A stretch of 64,000 nucleotides of DNA from Eledone cirrhosa (GCA_964016885.1 OZ024759.1:18600001-18664000), one strand, 5' to 3'. Shown: positions 1-16,175, counted from the stretch's first letter. Translations and numbers: made by a program. Notes: a model not told the origin generated them from the letters alone.

Positions 1-224
1 GCAGTGCAATAGGATATAGCAAGCAATCTTAAGACGAATTATAGCTATTAAGTTTGGAGTGAATAATCAACTAAAAGAGAGAGGTTCTCAAAAACTAAGA
101 CTAGCCACAACAAAATACATCTACCGTCAAAGACTAATCACCCGTGAAACACGTGTATATATGTATACACACACATATATGCATATATATATATATATAT
201 ATATATTCCACGTAGATGCACTCC

Positions 225-510
225 ATCATGCACTTTTCTAAAAAAGATAGATCATACAAAAAACGCGAGCACCAACAGTTTTGCAAGAGATGTCAGCATG
301 AATGGACCTGTTATTTTTATTTAAAGACTTTTTTCCAATTCCAACCAACCCGCCCGTCCCCTCAATCTATCTTATTTCTCATTCTTTCTTCTGATGAAGG
401 ACTAACGTCCGAAACGTCAAGTCCCTCTTCCTGCTATATCAAGCATTAACCTAATATATCCCTTCCAGATACTGTACCGATTGTGTTGTTATTTCTGTTT
501 ACCTTTTACA
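225..510 (+). mobile_element. Penelope-like pseudo-LTR fragment with hammerhead ribozyme, 3' end abutting TA repeat
   Basis: Contains the HHR at 388-421. The downstream part (gaaacgtcaagtccctcttcc...gtttaccttttaca) recurs in reverse at ~37714-37825 and ~59400-59620. Confidence 0.65.
388..421 (+). ncRNA. Minimal type-I hammerhead ribozyme
   Basis: ctt CTGATGA a GGAC-taac-GTCC GAAAC GTC aag: core boxes, 4-bp stem II, palindromic ACGT helix III, 3-bp stem I. Confidence 0.75.
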
Positions 511-524
511 TACATATATATATA

Positions 525-886
525 CAGATGGTGGATGGGTGCTACACGAGAATGCTGAGGATGGCTCTGAACATTAATCAGTATACACTGAGGATGAAAA
601 ACTCAGAGCTGTATGGGAGCATCCCAAAGGTAAGCTCAAAAGTGACACAGAGGAGACTGAGGTTAGCTGGACATGCTCACCGACATCCAGAGTTGACATT
701 GCACTCAGTGCTCCTTTGGGAGCCCCTACATGGACACACTAGAAGAGGAAGACCAAGGTTAACGTATGTTGATGCCCTAAGGACAGACACTGGTCTGTTG
801 GAGACGCAGGACATGGCAGCGATGATGAGGGACAGAGACTGCTGGAGAGAACTCGTCCATGGATCTCGGGAATTTTACCCGCCTTA
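525..886 (+). mobile_element. 5'-truncated RTE-clade LINE 3' end
   Basis: Translation DGCYTRMLRMALNI...RRLRLAGH...RRGRPRLTYVDALRTD...DRDCWRELV matches the RTE ORF C-terminus. Flanked by TA repeats. Short homolog at 60052-60172 (-). Confidence 0.85.
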
Positions 887-887
887 A

Positions 888-919
<32 letters not shown>

Positions 920-951
920 AGATCAAAAGATGGTTAAAGGAGTTCCATGTA

Positions 952-1018
952 TTTTATTATGCGCATTTCAAAAACAAACATCATCATGCAATAATATTTG
1001 TGTTTTCATCAGATAAAA
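952..1018 (-). ncRNA. Type-I hammerhead ribozyme (family A, left arm)
   Basis: Minus strand: TTTTAT CTGATGA aaac[ACAAATATTATT gcat GATGATGTTTGT]tttt GAAAT GCGC ATA ATAAAA. 6-bp stem I, palindromic ATGCGCAT helix III. Confidence 0.75.
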
Positions 1019-1145
1019 CAGGAGGACATGATATGAAGGCTAAAAAACACTTGTGGATAGTGCAGTTTTAAATCAACATATCATATGTTGATTTAAAACT
1101 GCACTATCCACAAGTGTTTTTTAGCCTTCATATCATGTCCTCCTG

Positions 1146-1212
1146 TTTTATCTGATGAAAACACAAATATTATTGCATGATGATGTTTGTTTTTGAAATG
1201 CGAATAATAAAA
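1146..1212 (+). ncRNA. Type-I hammerhead ribozyme (family A, right arm)
   Basis: Mirror copy of 952-1018 with GCGC>GCGA in the helix III loop. Confidence 0.7.
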
Positions 1213-1340
1213 TACATGGAACTCCTTTAACCATCTTTTGATCTTATATATTATGTATACTCCAGTCCTACAAACTGTAGAATGCTTTTTATCCGATATC
1301 TGCATTGCTTTATTGTACTACAATAAAACTCACCTCCTAC

Positions 1341-1388
<48 letters not shown>

Positions 1389-2021
1389 CCTTATCGAGCC
1401 CTCTACGGATTTTAGTCTTTACATTTATTATTACTATATATATATATATATATATATATCCCCTTCTTCTTTTCGAGTAATCTCTCATTCGAAGGTGAAG
1501 CATTCTATTTTTCTAATGGCTAGAATATATGCGGCTCACCACACCTGCATACTCATTGATTTCTCCACTAACTTGACCAGTTTTGCCAACCCATTATCGA
1601 AGTAATATTCGGTTATCTGCGAAGCCACTTGTGCTCACAGCACCGACGTCTTCTAATTAAACTGATGATTGACACATAAACTATTATAATGATTTAACTA
1701 TTATAATGATTTAAGCAGGATTTTTATCAAGGCTTTCTCCTCTATATCCGACTTATTCTGCTAGACTAACCGACGGTAGCCATATCAGAAGCACTTTATG
1801 TATTATGTGGCTCTTCACCGCATACCTAGATTTATATAATAACGAATGGAAGGATCAGAAAAGACAAGTGCGTTCGAATTCATTGTCCAGAGAGTCAGGC
1901 CTCAACCACTGCCTTCAATCAGAAATAGTTGGTTCTGCTTGTTTGCATTAATGGAAGCACAGTTTATGTCCCTGTTTAATCTGTAACTTAATTATGGCCT
2001 GCCCTGTTTATACATACATAT

Positions 2022-2400
2022 ATGATGATGGCTGCACCCTCGTTATAGAGTATGGCCATTGCATGATATACCATTATTAATAATTAATAAAGGGTGGTGG
2101 ATTGGCAGTATCGGTGGAGGGTCGGACGCCATGCTTTCCAGCATAGTTACGTCCCTTTACGATCTGAGTTCAAATCCCGCCGAGGTTGACTTTGCCTTTC
2201 ATCCTTACGGGGTCGATAAAATAAAGTACCAGTAATGCACTGGGTAATTGCTGGCCTTGTGCCAAAAGTAGAAACAATTAATAATTAATAATTAATTCTA
2301 TCGTGCAATGCCTGTGCGTGAAGATATTTTTGAAAGTGAGGAAAGACTGTACAGTGAACCAATCCCACTCTCTGAGCGACAGTAGCTATAACCCGAAAAG
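2022..2400 (-). mobile_element. Short RTE-related non-autonomous element interrupted by a SINE
   Basis: Ends resemble family C (tggctgc..tcgtt..gagtatggcca; gcaatgcctgtg..tgaag). Uninterrupted homolog at 49691-49776. Confidence 0.55.
2093..2280 (+). mobile_element. tRNA-headed SINE
   Basis: Pol III A-box-like TGGCAGTATCGG, B-box GAGTTCAAATCC (2166-2177), body gcctttcatccttacggggtcgataaaataaagtaccag, ATTA tail. Many copies in the window. Confidence 0.9.
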
Positions 2401-2435
2401 AAGAAAAGATTAACATACATACATACATACATACA

Positions 2436-3018
2436 TGGTGGCTGCCAACTCGTTTTCGAGTACGGCCACTACTTTATATCCATGTAGGAGAACCCCTACC
2501 GATGCGCTGAACGAGTGTGACTTTTTAGTCCAGCAAGTGACTTGAAAACTCTGGTACAAACACTACACTTGTGACAATTATTGACACATAGTGCTAGGCC
2601 CATGGTACCATGTGACGACAAGTGCAGAGAGATCTCCAGATATAAAGCAATGCCTGTGCCGGGAAGCTTTTATAGTGAGCAAAGGCACTGCACAAAGCCA
2701 GTCCCACTCTCTTAACCAAGATGATATTTACCAAAAAGAAGAACAAGTCAACATCATTGGATACCATCAGAGTTGCAGGTGTTATATCAGAGTTTTCCTT
2801 CTCTAGAATTCTGCCTTGACAAAGGCTAAGGGGTCATCTCTCCCGGTGATTTTGGATGGCCATTGACTCTTAAGAGCTCCTTTGCCCTTTGACAGGTTTT
2901 GTTTTTAGTCCTGCAGGATGTCCAAAGTCACCCTCTTCACCAAGAAACCTTGGTGTGGTTGCCAGTTTAGTCGCCAACGATCCGACCATGAGACAGGTTG
3001 TACTGGGTGACCTGACAG
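2436..3018 (-). mobile_element. Bipartite non-autonomous RTE-derived element, family C, copy 1
   Basis: ~580 bp, near-identical to 4441-5050 and 58799-59219. RTE 5'-UTR-like motif (aaggcagaattctag..gaaggaaaactctg) plus a 3' end encoding a C2H2-like finger. Confidence 0.7.
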
Positions 3019-3639
3019 ATACATACATACATACATACATACATACATACATACATACATACATACATACATACACACACACTTACGCACACATGCAGAC
3101 ATACATACAAACTTATATACGCACATTCATGCACTCGCACATATACATATACTTGTATGTATGTATATATATGCATATATATATATATATGCATATATAT
3201 ATACACACATATAAATATATATGCATATATATACACACATACATATATATATATGCAGACTCATATACATATACGTCCACGTACACAAGCATGCATGTGT
3301 ACATAAATACATGCATGCATAATATTTATATATATATGTGTGTGTGTGTGTTTATGTGCGTGCATGTGTGTGTGGGGGCGTGTTTGTCTGCGTGCGTATG
3401 TGTGTGTCCATGTGTGCAATACAAAATGAAATTCTCATATATATTAGAGAATAATTCTGATACGACTGTAACTAGATGGTTACGAGCTATTGTATACTCT
3501 GTTTAACTTGCTATCTTTAGAATATAGCTTGCACAACCAATAATATAGTTTTTCATTAAAAAGAACAGTTTTCCAACACGCACTCTTGCCATTTCATGTG
3601 AGTAAAGGAAGCCATTTTGTTTAGAAAGTTGCGTCTCAT

Positions 3640-4290
3640 TCAGGTGTGTGTGTGTGTGTCTGTGTGTGTGTGTGTGTGTGTGTGTCCGTGCGTGTGCGTG
3701 TGCGTGTGTGTGTTTGTGTGTGTACGCGCTTCTGTAAGAGAGATGGGGAGAGAGGAATATGTGAACGCGTATTTCTGTGTGTGTGTGTATGAGAGAGAGA
3801 GAGAGCGAGCGAGAGAGAGAGAGAGAGTGAGAGAGAGTGAGAGAGTGAGAGGGGGGATATGGGGGCGCGTGTGACTCTCACTCGATCTCTCCGTGGGTGA
3901 GCGTGAGAAATAGAAAGAGAGAGAGAGAGAGGGGGCATATGTGAGCGTGTGCTTCTGTGTGTGTGTCTGTATGTGTGCGTGCGTGAGAAAGAGATAGAGA
4001 TAGGGAGGGAGGGGATATGTGAGCGTGTGCTTCTGTGTGTGTGTCTGTTTGTGTGCGTGCGTGAGAAAGAGATAGAGATAGGGAGGGAGGGGGGTATGCG
4101 AGAGCGTGTTTCCCTGTGTGTGTGTGAGTGTGAGAAATGGAGAGATAGAGAAAGAGAGAGTGGGGTTATGCGTGCGCATGTTTCTGTCTGTGACAATGTA
4201 TCTATCTCTATATGTGCACCTACATGTCTGCATTCATACGTGCATATATGCATGCATTCGTACATATATGTATATATATGCATACATACA
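3640..4290. repeat. (GT)n/(GA)n compound microsatellite with ~78-bp imperfect tandem units
   Basis: atgtgagcgtgtgcttctgtgtgtgtgtctg...gagaaagagatagagatagggaggg is repeated. Confidence 0.8.
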
Positions 4291-4440
4291 CACATACTCA
4301 TGTACGTAGATACATTTGTATTTATGTTGTTTATAATATGCATTGTATATATAATATACAAGTTATGAATATGTAGGAATTCTGACTGATAAGTGACAAT
4401 ATATATAGTACGAAATAATGAATGTATATTTATATATGTA

Positions 4441-5050
4441 TGGTGGTGGCTGCCAACTCGTTTTCGAGTACGGCCACTACTTTATATCCATGTAGGAGAA
4501 CCCCTACCGATGCGGTGAACGAGTGTGACTTTTTAGTCCAGCCAGCGACTTGAAAACTCTGGTACAAACACTACACTTGACAATTATTGACACAGTGCTG
4601 GGCCCATGGTACCATGTGATGACAAGTGCAGAGAGCTCTCCAGATATAAAGCAATGCCTGTGCCGTGAAGCTTTTATAGTGAGCAAAGGCACTGCACAAA
4701 GCCAGTCCCACTCTCTTAACCAAGATGATATTTACCAAAAAGAAGAACAAGTCAACATCATTGGATACCATCAGGGTTGCAGGTGTTATATCAGAGTTTT
4801 CCTTCTCCTAGAATTCTGCCTTGACAAAGGCTAAGGGGTCATCTCTCCCGGTGATTTTGGATGGCCATTGACTCTTAAGAGCTCCTTTGCCCTTTGACAG
4901 GTTTTGTTTTTAGTCCTGCAGGATGTCCAAAGTCACCCTCCTCACCAAGAAACCTTGGTGGGGTTGCCAGTTTAGTCGCCAACGACCCGACCATGGGACA
5001 GGTTGTACTGGGATACATGTTACCAGTAGCACCAACTGGTGACCTGACAT
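4441..5050 (-). mobile_element. Family C copy 2 with ~150-bp flanking direct repeat
   Basis: Minus-strand peptide KCSVCTRVFKSLAGLKSHTRSPHR* (C2H2). Flanks 4281-4437 and 5063-5205 are near-identical. Confidence 0.75.
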
Positions 5051-5289
5051 TTATATATACATACATACATACACACATACTCATGGACGTAGATACATTT
5101 GTATTTATGTTGTTTATAATATGCATTGTATATATAATATACAAGTTATGAATATGAAGGAATTCTGAGTGATAATATATATAGTATGAAATAATGAATG
5201 TATATATATATATATGTATATATATATATGTATATATATATATGTATATATATATACATAAATATATATATATATATATATATACATAA

Positions 5290-5347
<58 letters not shown>

Positions 5348-5410
5348 TTATGTATATATATACATATATATATATACATTCATTATTTCGTACTATATAT
5401 ATTATCACTT

Positions 5411-5460
<50 letters not shown>

Positions 5461-5464
5461 AAAA

Positions 5465-5495
<31 letters not shown>

Positions 5496-5805
5496 GTATG
5501 TAAAATATATATATATATATGTACGTAAAAATATATATATGTATATATATATATGTATATATATGTATATATGTTTGTATATATATATATGTATATGTAT
5601 ATATGTTTGTATATATATATATATATATAAATATATATATATGTATATATATGTTTGTATATATATATGTAAATATATATATATATATTAATAAGAGGAA
5701 TTCCAACTTTGTCTGATTTACTCGTTTTATTTACAATCCTTTAGAATATATATAATGGTATTATAATGAAATAGTATGATAGAATATTAAATTCTAAGTG
5801 TTAAT

Positions 5806-5844
5806 TGAACAAGTACTTTCATGCTTTCGCAATCTTCAGGTTCA
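5806..5844 (-). ncRNA. Minimal type-I hammerhead ribozyme
   Basis: Minus strand: TGAAC CTGAAGA t TGC-gaaa-GCA t GAAAG TA CTT GTTCA. 5-bp stem I, GNRA-capped stem II. A ~30-bp perfect hairpin lies next to it at 5852-5910. Confidence 0.7.
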
Positions 5845-5952
5845 TGATATGTGGTGACAGTCGAGTTTGCAATTTTCAACTGTTGAAAATTGCAAACTCG
5901 ACTGTCACCATAAAAACAAATAACGAAACGAAATTAAATATGGTATGCCTAC

Positions 5953-5983
<31 letters not shown>

Positions 5984-6162
5984 TATATATATATATCTAG
6001 GCATACCATATTTTAATTTGGTATCTGTGAAATATGTATAATGAAATAAATATGGTTTTATAAATATAGTTTCCATTTATTTAATATCGTATATATATGT
6101 ATGTATATATATATAAATCTCTCTCTATATATATGTATGTATATATATATATATAAATATAT

Positions 6163-6740
6163 ATCAAAATGAAAATCCGAAGGCAAGGTAAAATTCCAAT
6201 CATTTAATCACGGCACATGTTTCAATAAGAGATAGATCGATTGTGAAGTCATGATCGATTATCACTGATCTAATTAGGTGAAAATGAATTGTCTTCAAAT
6301 TCTTGATATGAGGGAGAGAAAAATAACTGTTTCTACTTCAGGCACAAGGCCAGCAAATTACCCAGTGCATTACGGGTACTTTATTTCATCGACCCCGTGA
6401 GGATGAAAGGCAAAGTTAACCTGGGCAGGGATTTGATCTCAGAATGGCAAGGGACGTAACTCTATGCGTCAAAGCATGGCGTCCGACCCTCTACCGATAC
6501 TGCCAATCCACAACGCGAAGAGAAAAATAAGGATGTTCTCTCACAGAAGGGAATGCATTCTGTGAGAGAACATCGTTTTTTCTCCCTTGCCTTCGGATTT
6601 TCATTTTGATACTTATACTCCGGTTTACATCATCTGGCTGTTCCCTTGAATGGAATTGGAGATATACGAAAGCGTGGAGAACTTAATATTGCTAACATAA
6701 AGTTATTGGACCATTTTACACAACCAATAATGCACCTTAC
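6163..6740 (+). mobile_element. Fold-back element with tail, degenerate HHR and nested SINE
   Basis: atcaaaatgaaaatccgaaggcaagg (6163) is inverted at ~6585-6610, followed by a tail. Internal hairpin 6532-6574. Minus strand has a TTGAAGA...GAAACATGT motif at ~6212-6298. Confidence 0.6.
6324..6512 (-). mobile_element. tRNA-headed SINE
   Basis: Reverse complement of the 2093-2280 family. A gagaaaaataa direct repeat on both sides is a likely TSD. Confidence 0.9.
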
Positions 6741-6758
6741 TATATAACAACTATATAA

Positions 6759-6791
<33 letters not shown>

Positions 6792-6855
6792 CATATATAT
6801 ATATGTGTATATATATATATATTTATATATATATGTATATATGTATATATATATG

Positions 6856-6918
<63 letters not shown>

Positions 6919-7084
6919 GTGTATATATATATATATGTATGTATATATGTGTATACATATATATATATATACACATATATATACATACATATATATACAC
7001 ATATATATATATATACACACATATATATACATATATATATATATATACACACATATATATATACATACATATATATATACATAC

Positions 7085-7129
<45 letters not shown>

Positions 7130-7200
7130 CATATATATATATATATACATACATATATATATATACATATATATATATAAATATATATATATATACACAC

Positions 7201-7235
<35 letters not shown>

Positions 7236-7326
7236 CATACATACATATCTATATATACATATATATATATTTACATATATATATATACATATATATATAT
7301 ACATACATATACATACATATACAAAC

Positions 7327-7357
<31 letters not shown>

Positions 7358-7358
7358 T

Positions 7359-7553
7359 AGGAAACAGAATGACCCCGACGACAGAGCTCAAGCCGTTTCG
7401 ACGGCTATTTCTGGAGTCCAGAAACAGCCGTCGAAATGGCTTGAGCTCTGCCGTCGGGGTCATTCTGTTTCCTATTTCCCACTCTACTACCCAAAGTATT
7501 GAGTACTCTGGTGCGTTATGGTCCATTTGGTTCCTTACCACAATTCCTTTGTT
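7359..7553 (+). mobile_element. Fold-back element, family B (palindrome 7359-7473 plus tail)
   Basis: ~57-bp inverted arms, TA flanks. Homologs at 9020-9179 (-), 38620-38770 and 40071-40251. Confidence 0.85.
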
Positions 7554-7610
7554 ATATACATATATATATACATTATATATGTGTTATATATATGTACATA
7601 TGTATATATG

Positions 7611-7643
<33 letters not shown>

Positions 7644-7650
7644 GTATATA

Positions 7651-7683
<33 letters not shown>

Positions 7684-7928
7684 ATATATATATGTATATA
7701 TATATATAAATATATGTATATATGTATATATATATATTTATAAATATATGTCTATATATATATTTATAAATATATGTATATATATATATGTATATATATA
7801 TAGATATATTTATAAATATATGTATATATATATTTATAAATATATGTATATATATATATATATATGTATATATATGTATATATATATATTTATAAATATA
7901 TGTATATATATATATTTATAAATATATG

Positions 7929-7959
<31 letters not shown>

Positions 7960-8014
7960 GTGTGTATATATGTATATATAATATTAAAGATACTATTTGT
8001 AGTTATGTATGTAT

Positions 8015-8600
8015 ATACTATACTATAAACAACTATAAACAGGGAAGGTCAGTAATTTATTACTACCTTATTACCAGTAAGAGAAATAGCTCAATGTAAG
8101 AATATCAGTTGTTTTACAGAGCAGTAATATAGAATATACAAGTATCAAAGTTATGTTTAAAACATTTAATCGCTGACAATTGTTTCTTCCAAACTTCGGC
8201 TTGGAGTCCTCGGAGCATTATCAATGTTTGTACATATAATTAACCTCCTATTCAACTGAAGAATCATACAGATACATATATACTGATGTTGTGGACAACA
8301 GTTTCATGTTTACAGGGTGGAATGGATGCGACATATATTATACTAGAATTGTACAATAATTCAAATTAAGATTAAAATTAAAATTAAAACTAAAAGCACA
8401 GGGTGGAATACATGCGTCAGATTATACAGATAATTCAAGAGAATAGTCTAATAATTAAATTAGAGAGATGCGTTAGTCATATATAAAGGAATTGAACAAG
8501 CAAATGTATCATGCATATATGAGTACTGTATGGCAGGGTATTACATAAAATACAAGCACTTTAAGCGAATATGTTTATAAACTTTAAGCGAATATGTTTA
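8015..8600 (-). mobile_element. Penelope-like pseudo-LTR with HHR at 8172-8216
   Basis: Minus strand: GCT CCGAGGA c TCCAAGC-cgaa-GTTTGGA a GAAAC AATT GTC AGC. Homologous to 58371-58765. Confidence 0.7.
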
Positions 8601-9019
8601 TAAACTTTAAGCGAATATGTTTATAAACTTTAAATATTAAATGTAATAATGAATTATATGTACATCTATAATTAAATGTATAAATTAATAACATTGTATA
8701 TAAAGGATTAATTTATTTAATCGAGAGATTTTATCTAGTTTATCATGCAAACAGCTATACGTTATTTCATATCTTACCAAATATTGGGTAGACAACAATC
8801 TAATGAAATCTTTAATATATTATGAGAGAGTAGACTGTATTTAAAATTAAATATAAATATATAACATTTTTTATAAGGAATTCAGTTATGGCACTATATA
8901 ATATTGGGTAGACAACAATCTAATGAAACCTTTAATATATTATGAAAGAGTAAACTGTATTTAAAATTAAATATAAATATATAACTTTTTATATAAGGGA
9001 TTCAAGTGAGGCACTATAT

Positions 9020-9179
9020 AATATACTCAATACTTAGGGTAGTAGAGTGGGTAATAGGAAAAAAGTATGACCCCGACGGCAGAGCTCAAGCCGTTTCGAC
9101 GGCTATTTCTGGACAGAAATAGTCCAGAAATAGCCGTCGAAACGGCTTCAGCTCTGCCGTCGGGGTCATACTTTTTCCT
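9020..9179 (-). mobile_element. Fold-back element, family B
   Basis: Palindrome ~9056-9179 with the tail remnant on the left. Confidence 0.8.
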
Positions 9180-9224
9180 GTATATATATGTATATATATA
9201 TATATATGTATATATATATGTATA

Positions 9225-10098
9225 GGGAGCGGAAAGGAAGAGTCTCGGACGAAACTATGAAGTTGCTTAAGAAGAGGAAGAATATGAAGAGGACACCTGA
9301 AGATCACCTCGAATATTCCATTCTCAGCAGAGTGATACGTTAACAACTAAAGAGAGAAGCTCCTGAAGGCCGCAAAGGAAAATAAGAGCCTCAAGAAATG
9401 CGAGAGGGACATGACAATGTACAGATCGGAGGTGACGACCCTGAAAAACACAGCTTGAGTACCGGTCAGCGACAAGAGTGAGGTGGAAAAGATTTGCGAA
9501 GACTTCTACACCAAGCGCTTCAAGTCTGCCGGGAATGTGCAGCCGTTGCTGTCACTCCAACAGGAAGAAAATGTGCCACCCATCCTTGTCGGTGAGGTCG
9601 AAAGAGCCGTCGGCTTGATGAAAAGCGGAAAGGCAACAGAGAAAGACGGCATAACATCGGAGGTGTTGAAGTCAAGCGGAGAACAGCTCTGGAAAATCCT
9701 CGCCGAGCGATTCACACACTATCTGGGCGAGGGAAGAATTCCCTCGCACTGGAAAGAGTCGGATACCATCCTGCTATACAAGAAGGGCGATAGAGAAGAT
9801 CTGAAGAACTACCGACCTGTATGCTTGCTGTCTCACGTGTACAAGCTATTCAAGCAAGTTCAGATGGGCTGGATACGTCACCCGATTCACCGATATTCGG
9901 TGGACCCGCGCAGTTGCCGAGTGGTACCCGCGCGAGCGGAATCGATCACTCGGAAGGCCTCCACGAGGGTGGAGTTACGATTTTAAGAATACGATTGGGA
10001 ATACATGGATGAGGAAAACCCGATCCAGAGAGCAATGGACGGCGTGCTGTGACCAGCGGCGCCGAATGGAGGCCCGACAAACTGGTCGGTCAAGGTGA
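9225..10098 (+). mobile_element. Internally deleted RTE-clade LINE (RT pseudogene)
   Basis: GKATEKDGITSEVLK...WKESDTILLYKKGDREDLKNYRPVCLLSHVYKLF (start of RT) is joined at ~9855 to the C-terminal RWAGYVTRFTDIRWTRAVAEWYPRERNRSLGRPPRGW in another frame. Confidence 0.9.
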
Positions 10099-10113
10099 TA
10101 TATATGTGTATAT

Positions 10114-10209
<96 letters not shown>

Positions 10210-10220
10210 GTGTATATATA

Positions 10221-10291
<71 letters not shown>

Positions 10292-10337
10292 ATATATATA
10301 TATATATATATTATGTGCATATATATATATATATATA

Positions 10338-10460
<123 letters not shown>

Positions 10461-10595
10461 ATATATATATATATATATATGTGTGTATATATATATATAA
10501 ATATGTGCATATATATATATAAATATGTGCATATATATATATATATATATATGTGCATATATATATATATATATATGTGTATATATATATATATA

Positions 10596-10678
<83 letters not shown>

Positions 10679-10715
10679 ATATGTATATATATATGTATAT
10701 ATATATGTATATATA

Positions 10716-10814
<99 letters not shown>

Positions 10815-10821
10815 GTATATG

Positions 10822-10888
<67 letters not shown>

Positions 10889-10889
10889 G

Positions 10890-10921
<32 letters not shown>

Positions 10922-10976
10922 TGTGTGTATATATATATATATATGTGTGTATATATATATATATATGTGTATATAC

Positions 10977-11039
<63 letters not shown>

Positions 11040-11062
11040 CATATATATATGTATATATATAT

Positions 11063-11122
<60 letters not shown>

Positions 11123-11123
11123 C

Positions 11124-11172
<49 letters not shown>

Positions 11173-11187
11173 TATATATATATACAC

Positions 11188-11230
<43 letters not shown>

Positions 11231-11238
11231 CATATATA

Positions 11239-11295
<57 letters not shown>

Positions 11296-11315
11296 CATAC
11301 ATATATATATATATG

Positions 11316-11359
<44 letters not shown>

Positions 11360-11375
11360 CATATATATATATATG

Positions 11376-11433
<58 letters not shown>

Positions 11434-11449
11434 TATATGTGTATGTATA

Positions 11450-11609
11450 TAACATCAAAAGATGGTTAAAGGAGTTCCATGTATTTTATTATGCGCATTT
11501 CAAAAACAAATATTATCATGCGATGACATTTGCGTTTTCGTAAGATAAAATAGGGAGACATGATGTGAAGGTTAAAAAACACTTGTGAATAGTGCAGTTT
11601 TAAATCAAC

Positions 11610-11612
<3 letters not shown>
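11450..11612 (-). mobile_element. Family A single arm, HHR core decayed (CTTACGA)
   Basis: Homologous to 918-1081. Confidence 0.8.
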
Positions 11613-11649
<37 letters not shown>

Positions 11650-11661
11650 ATATGTATATAT

Positions 11662-11693
<32 letters not shown>

Positions 11694-11700
11694 GTATATG

Positions 11701-11732
<32 letters not shown>

Positions 11733-11794
11733 TATATGTATACATATATATATATGTATATATACATGTATATATATATATGTATATGTATATA

Positions 11795-11855
<61 letters not shown>

Positions 11856-11895
11856 GTATATATATATATAATGTATATATATATATGTATATATG

Positions 11896-11948
<53 letters not shown>

Positions 11949-12028
11949 ATATATATATATGCATATATATATATGTATATATGTATATATATATATATAT
12001 ATATATGTGTATATATATATATATATAT

Positions 12029-12441
<413 letters not shown>

Positions 12442-12442
12442 G

Positions 12443-12604
<162 letters not shown>

Positions 12605-12660
12605 TGTATATATATGTATATGTATATGTATATATATATATATATAATATATATATATGT

Positions 12661-12714
<54 letters not shown>

Positions 12715-12715
12715 G

Positions 12716-12776
<61 letters not shown>

Positions 12777-12833
12777 GTATATGTATATATATATATATAT
12801 GTATATATATGTATATATATATATATGTATATG

Positions 12834-12864
<31 letters not shown>

Positions 12865-12873
12865 GTATATGTG

Positions 12874-12904
<31 letters not shown>

Positions 12905-12913
12905 GTATATGTG

Positions 12914-13062
<149 letters not shown>

Positions 13063-13119
13063 GTATATATATGTTTATATATATATGTATATATATATAT
13101 ATGTATATGTATATATATG

Positions 13120-13294
<175 letters not shown>

Positions 13295-13301
13295 GTATAT
13301 A

Positions 13302-13362
<61 letters not shown>

Positions 13363-13371
13363 GTATATATG

Positions 13372-13516
<145 letters not shown>

Positions 13517-13684
13517 GTATGTATATGTATATAAATATATAATATGTATATATATATATATGTATATATATATGTATATGTATATATATATGTATATGTA
13601 TATATATATATGTATATATATATATATGTATACATATATATATATGTATATATACATGTATATATATATATGTATATGTATATA

Positions 13685-13755
<71 letters not shown>

Positions 13756-13792
13756 GTATATATATATATGTATATATATATATGTATATATG

Positions 13793-13845
<53 letters not shown>

Positions 13846-13859
13846 ATATATATATATGC

Positions 13860-13900
<41 letters not shown>

Positions 13901-13920
13901 TATATATATATATATATATA

Positions 13921-14280
<360 letters not shown>

Positions 14281-14288
14281 TATATGTT

Positions 14289-15075
<787 letters not shown>

Positions 15076-15076
15076 G

Positions 15077-15790
<714 letters not shown>

Positions 15791-15867
15791 GTATATATAT
15801 ATATATATATATACACATATATGTATATATATGTATATATATATATATATATACACATATATGTATA

Positions 15868-16175
<308 letters not shown>

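Larger units (their letters stand above)
910..1341 (+). mobile_element. Fold-back HHR element, family A (palindrome 910-1254 plus tail 1255-1341)
   Basis: ~172-bp inverted arms around a 1-nt loop at 1082, one HHR per arm, (TA)n on both sides. Homologs at 11450-11612 and 18141-18480. Confidence 0.85.

Noticed and set aside
910-1254. Palindromes as MITEs or miRNA precursors
   Set aside because: Arm lengths vary within a family, the tail is one-sided and arms contain hammerheads. That fits fold-back retro-insertions better than TIR elements or pre-miRNAs.
2093-2180. tRNA gene
   Set aside because: A and B boxes are present but there is no cloverleaf. It is the head of a dispersed SINE.
8700-9020. 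Possible GIY-YIG C-terminus of a Penelope-like ORF next to the pLTR
   Set aside because: Only a vague EI...C.H..K resemblance in AT-rich, locally duplicated (~123 bp) sequence. Not supportable.
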